Positions 18,404-27,137 of a stretch of DNA of 44,406 bases are shown in pieces. The position numbers and the translations under genes were made by a program. The DNA is taken from the IMG/VR virus record IMGVR_UViG_3300031965_000059, positions 1-44,406 of that record; one strand, 5' to 3'. The notes beneath the pieces were generated by a model. That model saw only the letters and a program-made list of their open reading frames with translations, searched no databases and was not told the origin of the DNA. Position 1 is the first letter of the stretch. Each line of letters opens with the position of its first letter. The stretch comes from a virus (lineage: Duplodnaviria; Caudoviricetes).

Positions 18404-19378
18404 TTAGTAGTGATCCCCAGGGCTCACCCGCACGTGGGCCAGGATCGCGCGCTCTTCGGCCCCTGACATGGCGTAGCGCCGGAGCATCGCCGTGCTCTTC
18501 CAGCCGGCCAGCGTCATGAGGTCCGCGTCCCCGCCGCCGCGCTTGCGCCAGTTGTGAGACCACGTGTGACGCAGAACGTGGGGATGGAGGCCGATGATCC
18601 CTGCCGCTTGGCCCCGCTCGACAACGATGCGTTGGAGCTGGCTGAAGGAGAGGCGGCCGCCTATCCGCGAACCAATGAACAGCGCCGTAGCGTCGGGCTT
18701 GGCGTATTCGTCGCGGACGCGCAGGTAACGGTCGAGCTCGACTGCAGCCTTGGTGCCGATGGGAACGTGGCGGATCGCCCCGCCCTTCGCCCGGCGAACG
18801 TGGAGCAATGGTCCTGCCTGCGGTTCGCGTGACCCGCGCTCGCCCCACTGCACGTCGTCAACGTCGAGGGCTAGGAGCTCCTGGCGCCGTAGCCCCGTGT
18901 CGAGCATGATTCGGATGATCGCCCGGTCGCGTCGGTCGTACCACGACGTCCCTTTGCACGTAGCTAGGAGCCTCGTGCCTTGCGTATCGCTCAGGACCAT
19001 CGCCGGCGGTGGCGTCGACTGCGGGCGCTTCATGTTGCGCATCGGGCTGTCCGGGATCTCCTCCTCGTCCTTCAACCAGCGCCAGAACGTCCTGAGATGG
19101 TCGAAGCGTGTCTGCGCCGTGCCAGCGCTGCGGGTCTCCTGCTGGTCGATGACGTAGGACTCGATGTGCTCGCGCCGGATAGCGCTGGGGTCGAGGGGCA
19201 TCCCGCGGTCTGTTAGGAACCGGGACAGGGAGCGGAGGCTCTGCTCGTAACTGGAGAGTGTCATCGGCGAGACGTTGCGGGCGCGGAGATTGCGCAGGTA
19301 CGAGTCGGCGTAGGAATCGAGCGTTCTCCGGCTCGTGGCTGGCGGCTGGTCTATTATTCCAGGAATTATTCCGTTCAT
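18404..19378 (-). CDS. Tyrosine recombinase/integrase 1 (XerC/D-like)
   Basis: SAM-like N-domain; catalytic R (TGLRRQE), K (AKGG), HxxR (HVLRH), W (LAGW), Y (LRRY). Confidence 0.93.
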   Translation of the reverse strand: MNGIIPGIIDQPPATSRRTLDSYADSYLRNLRARNVSPMTLSSYEQSLRSLSRFLTDRGMPLDPSAIRREHIESYVIDQQETRSAGTAQTRFDHLRTFWRWLKDEEEIPDSPMRNMKRPQSTPPPAMVLSDTQGTRLLATCKGTSWYDRRDRAIIRIMLDTGLRRQELLALDVDDVQWGERGSREPQAGPLLHVRRAKGGAIRHVPIGTKAAVELDRYLRVRDEYAKPDATALFIGSRIGGRLSFSQLQRIVVERGQAAGIIGLHPHVLRHTWSHNWRKRGGGDADLMTLAGWKSTAMLRRYAMSGAEERAILAHVRVSPGDHY

Positions 19379-20544
19379 TCTTCGTCCTCCTCCTGTAGCA
19401 CGTACTGGATACTGGGCCCGCCAGCGGTCTTCTCGGCGCGCTTCTGCAGTCTACCAGCGGCCACGAGCGTTTGCAGGTACGGCTCGAGCGATCGCAGCGT
19501 CATCTTCGTGGCGCGCAGCAGGTCGCGCTGCTTCATCGTCCCGCCGCCGGCGCGCACGACGGAGACGACGCGGTCGAGGGCCTCGCGGTCCCGGTCGCGG
19601 TCGTTGCTCATGATCTGGCCGACCAGGTCGCGGGCGCAGTCGAAGGCGTAGGAGTACATCTGGATCGCCTGCTCGACGGCCTTCGGGTGCAGCTCGCCCA
19701 GCTCGGCGGTTCCCCGGCTGGCCATGATGCCGATCGCGAGCTTGACGATCTGCGTGCCGGCGCGCTGCGACAGGTCGGCCGGGTCCGCGTTCTCGTTCTG
19801 CCACGCCTGCTCGAACTTCACCAGCCAGCGCTCGAGCACCTCAATGCCGGCGCCGGCGCTGATCTCGCCCTCGTACTCGGAGAGCTGGCGCAGGTGCTGC
19901 ACGAGCGAGGCGCGCTGGTGGGCGGCGACGCTGCGGTCGCCGACGTCGTGCATGAAGTGGCCGAAGCTGTTCTCCGGGCGCTTGGCCGTGACGAAGAGCC
20001 ACCGGGAGATGAAGCCGCCGCGGACGTCCTCGCGCTGAGCGTCCTGGATGAACCAGATGGGCTTTGCGGCCGCGAGGATCGTGACGGCCGGCCGGTGGAT
20101 GCGGTACGTCTGGCCCATCGTGCGGCGCGTCACGGTCGGCTCAGAGTCCCAGAACTGGGTGATGGTCTCGATCGTGCCGGCGTTGTAGTCGCGGCGGAGG
20201 GCCTTCAGCACGGCGCCCATCTCGCTCCAGCGCATGATGCCGGATGGTCGCTCGGAGAGCTGGGAGTAGAGCGCCTCGCGGGTGAAGTCCTGTGGTAGTG
20301 GGAGCGTCTCGTCGACCTCATTGAGCAGGGAGATGGGGAAGCCGGTGGCCGTGGTCTTGCGGAGGCCGGAGCCGCCGTAGAAGCAGACCCAGATGGCCGG
20401 GTAGACGCGCTCCCAGCCGGCGTCGAAGTAGACGCGGTTGCCGAGCGCAGCGCAGCAGGCGGCGACGGCCGCGTACCTGTGGAACAGTACGGGCGCATCG
20501 GTGCGGGCGCTGCAGTAGTCTTCATACGCCTTGACGAACGCCAC
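19375..20544 (-). CDS. DUF3987/YfjI-like replicative helicase-type P-loop protein with C-terminal wHTH
   Basis: TDAP..FH N-terminus, GGSGLRKTT Walker A, FTREAL, GGFISRWLF motifs. Confidence 0.75.
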   Translation of the reverse strand: MAFVKAYEDYCSARTDAPVLFHRYAAVAACCAALGNRVYFDAGWERVYPAIWVCFYGGSGLRKTTATGFPISLLNEVDETLPLPQDFTREALYSQLSERPSGIMRWSEMGAVLKALRRDYNAGTIETITQFWDSEPTVTRRTMGQTYRIHRPAVTILAAAKPIWFIQDAQREDVRGGFISRWLFVTAKRPENSFGHFMHDVGDRSVAAHQRASLVQHLRQLSEYEGEISAGAGIEVLERWLVKFEQAWQNENADPADLSQRAGTQIVKLAIGIMASRGTAELGELHPKAVEQAIQMYSYAFDCARDLVGQIMSNDRDRDREALDRVVSVVRAGGGTMKQRDLLRATKMTLRSLEPYLQTLVAAGRLQKRAEKTAGGPSIQYVLQEEDEE

Positions 20545-20633
20545 ACGGCCTCCAGCCTGGTGTCATCGGCCTCCTGCCCTCGCGTATCCGGCGTAGCCGT
20601 GGGGACTGCGCCGGACGTGCGATCACAGGATCG

Positions 20634-20765
20634 CTACTCGCCCTCGGGCTTCTCCGGCTCGGTGCTGGGCTCCGGCGCCGTGGGCTCGTCGCCCTGCGGC
20701 TCTGCCGGCGTCTCAGGCTGGGCCTGCGGCTCGTCCGCCGTTGGTGCTGGCGTTTCTCCGAACAT
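20634..20765 (-). CDS. Small acidic Pro/Glu-rich peptide (43 aa)
   Basis: Perfect AAAGGAGGT SD; MFGETPAPTADEPQAQPETPAEPQGDEPTAPEPSTEPEKPEGE; below the ORF-track cutoff. Confidence 0.6.
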   Translation of the reverse strand: MFGETPAPTADEPQAQPETPAEPQGDEPTAPEPSTEPEKPEGE

Positions 20766-20801
20766 GGTGGTCTACCTCCTTTCGTCAGTTTCGAGTGGTG
20801 G

Positions 20802-21365
20802 CTAGGTGGGTAGCGGAAGCTGGGCCGCGTCGGGCTCGCGCTCTACGATGCGGGTGTCCTGCTCTTCGCGTTCCCAGACCACAACCGCGCTGGGGAACGG
20901 CGCTCCGGCGTTCGACCCGCCGAAGTGGACGCGGCCAGGCAGGAAGCGCACGAGGGTCAACAGCGGATGCGCAGCGATGCGGTCGTAGGCTGCTTCCTTC
21001 AGGACGAACCGCTGCCACATCTTCGTGTCGGTGCGAGCTGGGATCAGCGCGACGACGCGCTCGGCATGGCCAGCCTCGACCTCAGCGACCGCCTTCTCAA
21101 TCCACGCGGGCATCTGGCGACCGTAAGGCGGGTTGCAGTACACCCTTCCACGCCACGGAGCTGCTAGGCCGTCGAGCGCGGGGCACGAGCCGTCGTAGAA
21201 CACCCCGCCCCTGCTGTGGATGCGGTAGGCCGAGTAGTGGTGTTCTCGCTGGCCGCACGGATCGAGGTCGAAGGGGCCGAACTCGGCGTCCAGGGCGTCG
21301 AACAGCGCCTCCGGCGTGGCCCAGTCGGTTGTCAAAGCGACCTTCATGTAGCCTCGGTCAGTCAC
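20802..21365 (-). CDS. Phage DNA N6-adenine methyltransferase (Dam-like)
   Basis: DWATP..LF, FDLDPC, DGL..W, CNPPYG, LIPARTDT, FL.GRV.F and APFPS motifs. Confidence 0.9.
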   Translation of the reverse strand: MTDRGYMKVALTTDWATPEALFDALDAEFGPFDLDPCGQREHHYSAYRIHSRGGVFYDGSCPALDGLAAPWRGRVYCNPPYGRQMPAWIEKAVAEVEAGHAERVVALIPARTDTKMWQRFVLKEAAYDRIAAHPLLTLVRFLPGRVHFGGSNAGAPFPSAVVVWEREEQDTRIVEREPDAAQLPLPT

Positions 21366-21705
21366 CTGTCACCACCATGACGTAGCGCCGCGCTTCATCC
21401 GACCAGCGCCAGTCCAGCACCCTGTCCGTCAGCGAGAGCACGTCGCCCTCCGGCGCGCGTTCGTAGCGCAGCGCGATCTTCTGGCGGACCGGCTCAGCGT
21501 GCAGGTAGCAGGCGTACTCCGCGCCACGCCAGACCATGCGATGCCGCTCAGGGCACCGCGGCGGGCGTACGTCGCTCTCACGCAGCGCAGAGGCGGGCTC
21601 GGCCAGCAGGCCGGGGGCCTTGCGCAGCAGCCACGCGACCACTGGGTTGAGCAGGCTGTAGTGTCCGAGCACGGTGTTGCCGGCGTCGGGAGCGGGGTCA
21701 ACCAC
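21358..21705 (-). CDS. Hypothetical protein
   Basis: 8-nt overlaps on both sides; CPERH...YACYLH. Confidence 0.55.
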   Translation of the reverse strand: MVDPAPDAGNTVLGHYSLLNPVVAWLLRKAPGLLAEPASALRESDVRPPRCPERHRMVWRGAEYACYLHAEPVRQKIALRYERAPEGDVLSLTDRVLDWRWSDEARRYVMVVTGD

Positions 21706-22111
21706 GGTCGAGCTCCACCTTCGCTAGCAGGGGCTCGGCGAGGGCCAGGGCATCGTCAATGCGCGGGAGACTAGGGTGTTCCAAATGGAACATCGCATCA
21801 ACGAACACGTCATGTGCCTTATCGTTGTCTACCCCGTCATCTAGCGCATCGCTGTAGGCGTCCATGTTATCCGTGGCCCACAGCCCAGCAGATGTGACAA
21901 GATCATGCCTCGCTCCATCCAGCGCCCGTAGCGCCGCAGCCAGGGCGCGGGCGGCAGCCAGACCATCCGCCGTCGGGCTGAACCCTAAGCGTTCGAGCTT
22001 GTGTGAGGCAGGCGCGGTCTCCCACAGCAGCCAGGTATCCGGCCATTCGGGGTCGGCCTGCTCTGCTTCGGCTGCCGCTATCAGCGCCGCAAGCTGCGTG
22101 GGGTCAGTCAT
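21698..22111 (-). CDS. Hypothetical protein
   Basis: 137 aa; overlapping operon arrangement. Confidence 0.55.
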   Translation of the reverse strand: MTDPTQLAALIAAAEAEQADPEWPDTWLLWETAPASHKLERLGFSPTADGLAAARALAAALRALDGARHDLVTSAGLWATDNMDAYSDALDDGVDNDKAHDVFVDAMFHLEHPSLPRIDDALALAEPLLAKVELDRG

Positions 22112-22604
22112 GGCTCAGGGCCTCTCGTAGCTTCCGAATGCGTGTGTGGCCTGGACACTCACATTGTTCGCCTTGGCCATTCATCTCATGCCAAGAATCG
22201 ACCGCACGAATCGCGACAGACCAAGGACGACCTTCAGCCTCCAATTCTGCGATGCGTTGCTCCAGAGCGTCTACCTGGAGGAGGAGGCGGCGGCTGAAGT
22301 CTATGTCTGATTGCGTCCATTGACCGCCGGGATCGATTCCTTCCGGCAACGGGACCATCTCATTGAGAAAGGCGAGGTGCGCCTCCCGCTCCTCGCGTGT
22401 AGGGTGGGTGTGTACGCGGCAGGGATCGTCCGTATCCCCGCCCTTGCCTGTGAAACATGCGGCGCAGAGGTCGAGCGCATCCTCTGGCGGTACGCGGAGC
22501 GCCTTCCCGCAGCACCGGCATGGTGTGTCAATCAGGTCGTCACGTGTAGGCTGGCTGTCGGGACTCTGCCGTGTCACCTGGCTCCCAGGCCCGTCGGTGA
22601 TCAC
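22104..22604 (-). CDS. Hypothetical Cys-rich/coiled-coil protein
   Basis: GTGA-coupled start after GGGGGAG; CRCCG...CAAC and LEQRIAELEAE. Confidence 0.5.
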   Translation of the reverse strand: MITDGPGSQVTRQSPDSQPTRDDLIDTPCRCCGKALRVPPEDALDLCAACFTGKGGDTDDPCRVHTHPTREEREAHLAFLNEMVPLPEGIDPGGQWTQSDIDFSRRLLLQVDALEQRIAELEAEGRPWSVAIRAVDSWHEMNGQGEQCECPGHTRIRKLREALSHD

Positions 22605-22771
22605 GGTCTCACTCCCCCGTGATAGACCGCAAGCAAGATCGCGGCGTGCTCCCAGCAGATCAGTCTGATGCCAAGACCAGGTATTTCCCACGCATCTATT
22701 CCCCGCCGCGAACCCAGGCCGTCGAGTTCGCAGACGATACCGTAGATGCCTCCCTGCGTTATTCGCTTCAC
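22601..22771 (-). CDS. Hypothetical protein (56 aa)
   Basis: GTGA overlaps at both ends; MKRITQGGIYGIVCELDG... Confidence 0.5.
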   Translation of the reverse strand: MKRITQGGIYGIVCELDGLGSRRGIDAWEIPGLGIRLICWEHAAILLAVYHGGVRP

Positions 22772-23457
22772 GGCCACAGCCCGTGACACTCGGCTGAGAA
22801 CCGCCAGTGATACCACGAGCCGTAGTCGGCGTAGAGCTGGTAGCCCACGGCGATGTTCGTCGCTGGGTCGTACAGCGCCGCTGGCCCGTCCACCTTGTCC
22901 CAGTGGCTCGCGTAGTGAATCTGCATGAGGCCCAGGCTCCCTCCGTTCTCCGCGTTCGGGTCCCCGCTGCTCTCGCACTGGATCACGGCGAGCGCCTCCG
23001 AACAGGGCCAGGGGTAGGCGCAGACGAGCGGCTCCCATTGCGCCTCCACTGGGCCGTTCCCCACTGGCGGATAATCCGAGCGCGCAGCCGATGGTGGAGG
23101 CGCTCCTCTGTCCTCGAAAGGAGCCTCCACATCGAGGGCCACCGTCCCACGCCCCATAGGCCCAGGGCTAACAGGCCAACGATACACCCAGCGTAGAGTA
23201 GTGAGCGCATCTCCAACTCCTTCTATCCCCCACGCAGCATCGGCTAGGGCATTCGGCTCAGGCAAATCTCGCACGACAGCCGCTCCGCTTCGCGGAAACT
23301 GCCGCACGAATGTAGCGTGATCGGCCTGATAAGGCGTCTCACCCAGAGTATGAATCGTCTCACGCATTCCTCCTTCCCGCCCGGCGACTCCGGCAGCCGC
23401 CGCGACGATCATCGCGGCCAGGACTGCTGAAAGGAGCGACCGAGCTGGGCATCTTAT
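22768..23457 (-). CDS. Secreted/membrane-anchored lytic transglycosylase (SLT/Rpf-like), probable ATA start
   Basis: C-terminal AVIQCESSGDPNA, GLMQI, LYDPATNI and W..W motifs; extending to ATA 23457 (ATAA overlap, GGAG SD) adds the signal-like RCPARSLLSAVLAA. Confidence 0.75.
   Translation of the reverse strand: MRCPARSLLSAVLAAMIVAAAAGVAGREGGMRETIHTLGETPYQADHATFVRQFPRSGAAVVRDLPEPNALADAAWGIEGVGDALTTLRWVYRWPVSPGPMGRGTVALDVEAPFEDRGAPPPSAARSDYPPVGNGPVEAQWEPLVCAYPWPCSEALAVIQCESSGDPNAENGGSLGLMQIHYASHWDKVDGPAALYDPATNIAVGYQLYADYGSWYHWRFSAECHGLWP
22983..23210 (-). CDS. Possible nested alternative-frame membrane protein (75 aa)
   Basis: AGAAGGAG SD before ATG 23210; MRSLLYAGCIVGLLALGLWGV transmembrane segment then a basic tail; wholly inside the transglycosylase gene. 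Confidence 0.3.
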   Translation of the reverse strand: MRSLLYAGCIVGLLALGLWGVGRWPSMWRLLSRTEERLHHRLRARIIRQWGTAQWRRNGSRSSAPTPGPVRRRSP

Positions 23458-23633
23458 CTGTGTTCTCCGTCGCTAGGTTCGCGGCGCTTGGCGATGTCCA
23501 CCGTCTCGCCGCGAAACGTCATGCTGATGCCCGTGATGCCGCCCGGCTCGTCCACGAGCTTCTGCATCTCCCGCTGGAACTTGCGGACGGCGCTCTCAGC
23601 GACCGTCGGCCTCTTGCGCTTTCGCGTTCCCAT
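23454..23633 (-). CDS. Hypothetical small protein
   Basis: MGTRKRKR... after a purine-rich SD; in-frame GTG at 23741 is an alternative start. Confidence 0.55.
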   Translation of the reverse strand: MGTRKRKRPTVAESAVRKFQREMQKLVDEPGGITGISMTFRGETVDIAKRREPSDGEHR

Positions 23634-23737
23634 GCTTCCCTTCCCTTCTCCCGCTAGGCGGGCTAGGTGGCTGGCTGGCAGGGGCTTCGTGCGAGGCCCA
23701 CCCCTGATTCGGCCCCTCGCGGCCTCACAACGGGTAC

Positions 23738-24070
23738 TCACGCGCTTTCCCCGGTGTTAGCATCCTCTCCGGCCCCTACGTAGGACGCTGGGGGTTCGTC
23801 CACTCGGCGCAGCGCCAGTCCGCCAAGTTCATAGTGATCCTGCTCATAGTCCGAGGCGGCTGCGATCTCTTCCTTGCTTGGCCTATACCACTCGAACTCC
23901 GGCGTCAGACCGTCCGGCACCCTGTACCACGCTGATACCCCCGCTCCTTCGCAGTCCGTCTCAGATAAGACGCGGCACGGCACGATCATCGGCGTCGTTC
24001 CTTCGTCAACGTCTACCGTGACGGCGCGGTGTCCGCATTCGGGGCAGGTGTAGGTGTTGATCGCGCTCAT
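23738..24070 (-). CDS. Hypothetical Zn-ribbon phage protein
   Basis: ATGA-coupled; YTCPECG, D.D.GTTP, EWYRPS and H...GGL motifs. Confidence 0.65.
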   Translation of the reverse strand: MSAINTYTCPECGHRAVTVDVDEGTTPMIVPCRVLSETDCEGAGVSAWYRVPDGLTPEFEWYRPSKEEIAAASDYEQDHYELGGLALRRVDEPPASYVGAGEDANTGESA

Positions 24071-25086
24071 CGCGGCATCTCCTGATCCCCCAGGTCGCCG
24101 GGCAGCGGCTTCCCTGGCCGGACTCCGGCGTCTTGCTTCCCGTGCCACGGAACTCCCACGAGGCGGCAGTCCTCGCGCAGCGCACGCACCCATGCGAGGT
24201 CGAGCGGGCGATGGTGCGGTCCCGACTCGCCGCCGACGATAACGAGGTCGAGGCGGGGCACGAGCACCCTCATGCGGCCGCCGCTGTCCCCTCTGTCGCA
24301 ATCTCCGCCGCAGTATTCGTCATCGTGTGGTTTGTGCAGCACGTTGGGTTCCCTGCCGCCACACTGCGTACAATATGGCCCGCCGCGTCCTGTCGCCTTC
24401 GCCAGCCCTTCGTCCCACTTGCCTTCAAAGGCGTGGTGTATCCAGTCGCCGTCGGTAACGGCTTCTAGGTATTGGTCGAAGTCCACCGGCCCCAGGGCAG
24501 GCTCGTAGCTCACGAACCGCCGCGCCGCAGGCGTCTCCAGCAGCAGCGGGATACGCTCGTCTGCCGTCTCCTGGTCTTCCACCGAGACGCCCAGCATGAC
24601 GTTGGGGCAACCCGTCGGCGCTACGTCGCGCGGCAAGTCGTACTCGCGCTCGAAGGCCGATTGGAACCAGCCGATGTGGAACTGGAAGTCCTCGTCGGTG
24701 AGGAGGGCGCGCATCCGCTCGGGCCGCTTCGTGAGCAGCATGAACGTGTGCCAGTGGCACGCCGCCATCACGCCCCAGATCATCTGCAGCGCCTTCACGT
24801 CGATGTCCTCGTGGCACCAATCCGTCATGTCGCACACGAAGATGCGGCTCGGCGTCTTCAGCCGCGCCCACGCCGCGAACTCCGACTCCCTGAGCTTCCA
24901 CGTCACCCGCCCGCGGTTCGCCTCGGTGTACGGCACGCCGTTGCCGAAGCGCAGGTTCAGCGTCTCGGCGTAGCAGTTGCGGCACCCCCGCGATACCTTC
25001 GTGCAGTACCAGCCGCGCTGCCCGTCCGCCTCTGCGTAGAGGGGGTTCGAGCTGTAATCGCACCAGGAGATGCTTGTCCGCTGCAT
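24067..25086 (-). CDS. DUF5131 (phage Gp37/Gp68) radical-SAM-like protein
   Basis: TSISWCD..NP, CTKVSRGCRNCYA, FVCDMTD, LLTKRP, GVSVE, RFVSYEP and VIVGGESG motifs. Confidence 0.9.
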   Translation of the reverse strand: MQRTSISWCDYSSNPLYAEADGQRGWYCTKVSRGCRNCYAETLNLRFGNGVPYTEANRGRVTWKLRESEFAAWARLKTPSRIFVCDMTDWCHEDIDVKALQMIWGVMAACHWHTFMLLTKRPERMRALLTDEDFQFHIGWFQSAFEREYDLPRDVAPTGCPNVMLGVSVEDQETADERIPLLLETPAARRFVSYEPALGPVDFDQYLEAVTDGDWIHHAFEGKWDEGLAKATGRGGPYCTQCGGREPNVLHKPHDDEYCGGDCDRGDSGGRMRVLVPRLDLVIVGGESGPHHRPLDLAWVRALREDCRLVGVPWHGKQDAGVRPGKPLPGDLGDQEMPR

Positions 25087-26075
25087 CACCACTCCCCGAC
25101 CTGGCCGACGGGCTGGAGGTCCTTCACGGGCACGGGCCCCGCGCACGTCGCGCACCGGCCCTCGTGCTTGTCGAACTCAGCCTGCGACGTCAGCCGGCAG
25201 CAGCACGAGCACACGCACGGGTGCTCGCCGTGGATCGTCGGCATCGGTATCTCCTCTTCCCACTGCGCGAGCGCCGGCTTGTGCGCGCACCCGGCCGCTT
25301 CCTTCAGTTCCTCGAGAGCGAGCCTGTCCCCGCCGTCACCCAGGAAGTCGAAGGCGTCGCCGTGCGGCGGGGCCTCGTGCCACGCGATCACGCGCCACGG
25401 TATGCCGAGCTCCGTCAGCGTGGCCCCGACACGCTCCATGAGCTGCTGCCCCTGGTAGCCCTGCTTCTTGCCTTCCGGCGGTGGGTCCGCGTCCGGCCAG
25501 AGGTACACCACGCGCCCGGCGAGCGCGCGCAGAGCGGCCGCGTCCGGCGTGGCACCGGCGCCGCAGATCACGCCGACGGCCGGGACGCCGATGCCCTTCC
25601 AGAGCGCGTCCGCGGCCTTCTCGCCCTCGCAGACGATGATGGCCGAGCGCCACGACGCGATCTTGTGGGCGTTGTAGAGCGGCATGGACCCGATGGGGCG
25701 ATCGCCGAGGCTCATGGTCCCGTCCGGCAGCTCCCAGTAGAAGCGCTTGCCGGGGTCGGTGCGCACGTGGACCGCGACGAGCACGCCGTCGACGTCGCGG
25801 ATCTCCCAGCGCGTCTCGCGATCGCGCGGCGGGCCGGTGGGTTCTCCGGCCCAGAGCTTGCGTGCCTTCAGCACGTCGATGACGGCCTCCTGGTCGCAGG
25901 AGGCGTGGCAGTGTACGACGACGGGCTGCGTGGTGCCCGCCCTCACGCTGAGGCTGGGCGTGCGGTCATCATGGGCGGGACAGTGAGTGATCCCGTGGCC
26001 GCGCTGGGCGGCCTTGCCGCAGGCGCAGCCGGAGCGCCCGCAGGAGAGGGCATCGAGGATCGACATGGCGTTCAC
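25086..26075 (-). CDS. DNA primase (Zn-binding domain plus TOPRIM)
   Basis: CPAHDDRTPSLS...HCHASC Zn domain; IIVCEGEKAADA and VYLWPDAD TOPRIM motifs; GTGA-coupled start. Confidence 0.8.
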   Translation of the reverse strand: MNAMSILDALSCGRSGCACGKAAQRGHGITHCPAHDDRTPSLSVRAGTTQPVVVHCHASCDQEAVIDVLKARKLWAGEPTGPPRDRETRWEIRDVDGVLVAVHVRTDPGKRFYWELPDGTMSLGDRPIGSMPLYNAHKIASWRSAIIVCEGEKAADALWKGIGVPAVGVICGAGATPDAAALRALAGRVVYLWPDADPPPEGKKQGYQGQQLMERVGATLTELGIPWRVIAWHEAPPHGDAFDFLGDGGDRLALEELKEAAGCAHKPALAQWEEEIPMPTIHGEHPCVCSCCCRLTSQAEFDKHEGRCATCAGPVPVKDLQPVGQVGEW

Positions 26076-26692
26076 GACACCACCCGCATGAGCTGGGTGC
26101 CGATGTAAAGCGTGTAGGCTGGGGGGATGGCCTGGCTCATACCGTCGCGCGTCATTGCCGGCGTTCCCATCAGCAGCCGCGCTTCGTCGCGGTTCGCTGT
26201 CCTCATGCGCTGGCCAAGAAAGCCGGCAGAGCCGTGGCCGTAGACGCCAACCGCCACTCCGTTGTGCTGGCAGGACGGTGCGAGAATCAGCACGTTGCTC
26301 TCGAACAGCCGATGCCGGCGCAGGTAGCCGCGGTCGCTTCGTAGGCCAAACATCGAACCGCAGAGCATAAACACGGTTTCCAACGGGGCGCCAGGCACGT
26401 TCTCGATGACGTAGGGCTTGCCTGCGGCGCAGAGCCGAGCGCGGAGCGGAGCGATCAGGTCGGCATGCGCCCTCGCGTTGTGCAACGACTTCATGACGCT
26501 GAACGCCTGGCACGGCGGGCTCGCGTGGATCACGTCGAAGCCCTCCAGTGGGTACGTCATGGCGTCCGCCTGAATGAACTCGAACGGGTAGTGCGGCTGG
26601 GGCAGGTGATCGACGCCCACGACCTCGAAGCCCGCACGGTGGTAGCCCATCGCTGCCCCGCCAGCACCACAGAACAGATCGAGTAGCCTCAT
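26072..26692 (-). CDS. DNA cytosine-C5 methyltransferase (compact phage type)
   Basis: LLDLFCGAGG, HASPPCQ, YVIENV and RHRLFE motifs. Confidence 0.88.
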   Translation of the reverse strand: MRLLDLFCGAGGAAMGYHRAGFEVVGVDHLPQPHYPFEFIQADAMTYPLEGFDVIHASPPCQAFSVMKSLHNARAHADLIAPLRARLCAAGKPYVIENVPGAPLETVFMLCGSMFGLRSDRGYLRRHRLFESNVLILAPSCQHNGVAVGVYGHGSAGFLGQRMRTANRDEARLLMGTPAMTRDGMSQAIPPAYTLYIGTQLMRVVS

Positions 26693-26910
26693 AGTCGAAT
26701 CTTCCCGTGCCTGGCCTCTCTCTGCCGGCCATCGTCCGCGATCGGCTCCGCCACGGTGTCGTAGAAGACGAACCCGCAGAGGCATTGCCGATCGCCGTCT
26801 TGGTTGATGCTCATGAGAACGGGGTTGGCTCCGCACTTTGGGCAGCCACGGCTTCGCGGTTCCGGCGCTTGTGCTCGCGGTGCTTCGTGTTGCGGGGGTC
26901 GCACTGGCAT
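26689..26910 (-). CDS. Small Zn-ribbon protein
   Basis: CPKCG...QCLCGFV; start uncertain; resembles 29445..29639. Confidence 0.45.
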   Translation of the reverse strand: MPVRPPQHEAPRAQAPEPRSRGCPKCGANPVLMSINQDGDRQCLCGFVFYDTVAEPIADDGRQREARHGKIRL

Positions 26911-27137
26911 TCGTCGCACCACATCGCGCGACCGCTCGCTTTTGGGCGTGGCTTCGGCGGCTCGCTCTGCGTCTCTCGTTCCGGCGCTTGCTCAGGCTCA
27001 GCGGCGACGGTCTCCGGCAGCGCCATCGGCTCCGGCGCGGTCGGCGCGCCCGTGATGAACGCGAGGACGCTTGTCAGGTCGTCCTTCGCGCCCTCCATCT
27101 CGATTACGCGAATGCGAATGCGGTTGTTGTCGGTCAT
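26811..27137 (-). CDS. Hypothetical protein
   Basis: ATGA-coupled start MTDNNRIRIRVIEMEG; C-terminal CDEC...H...H. Confidence 0.55.
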   Translation of the reverse strand: MTDNNRIRIRVIEMEGAKDDLTSVLAFITGAPTAPEPMALPETVAAEPEQAPERETQSEPPKPRPKASGRAMWCDECQCDPRNTKHREHKRRNREAVAAQSAEPTPFS

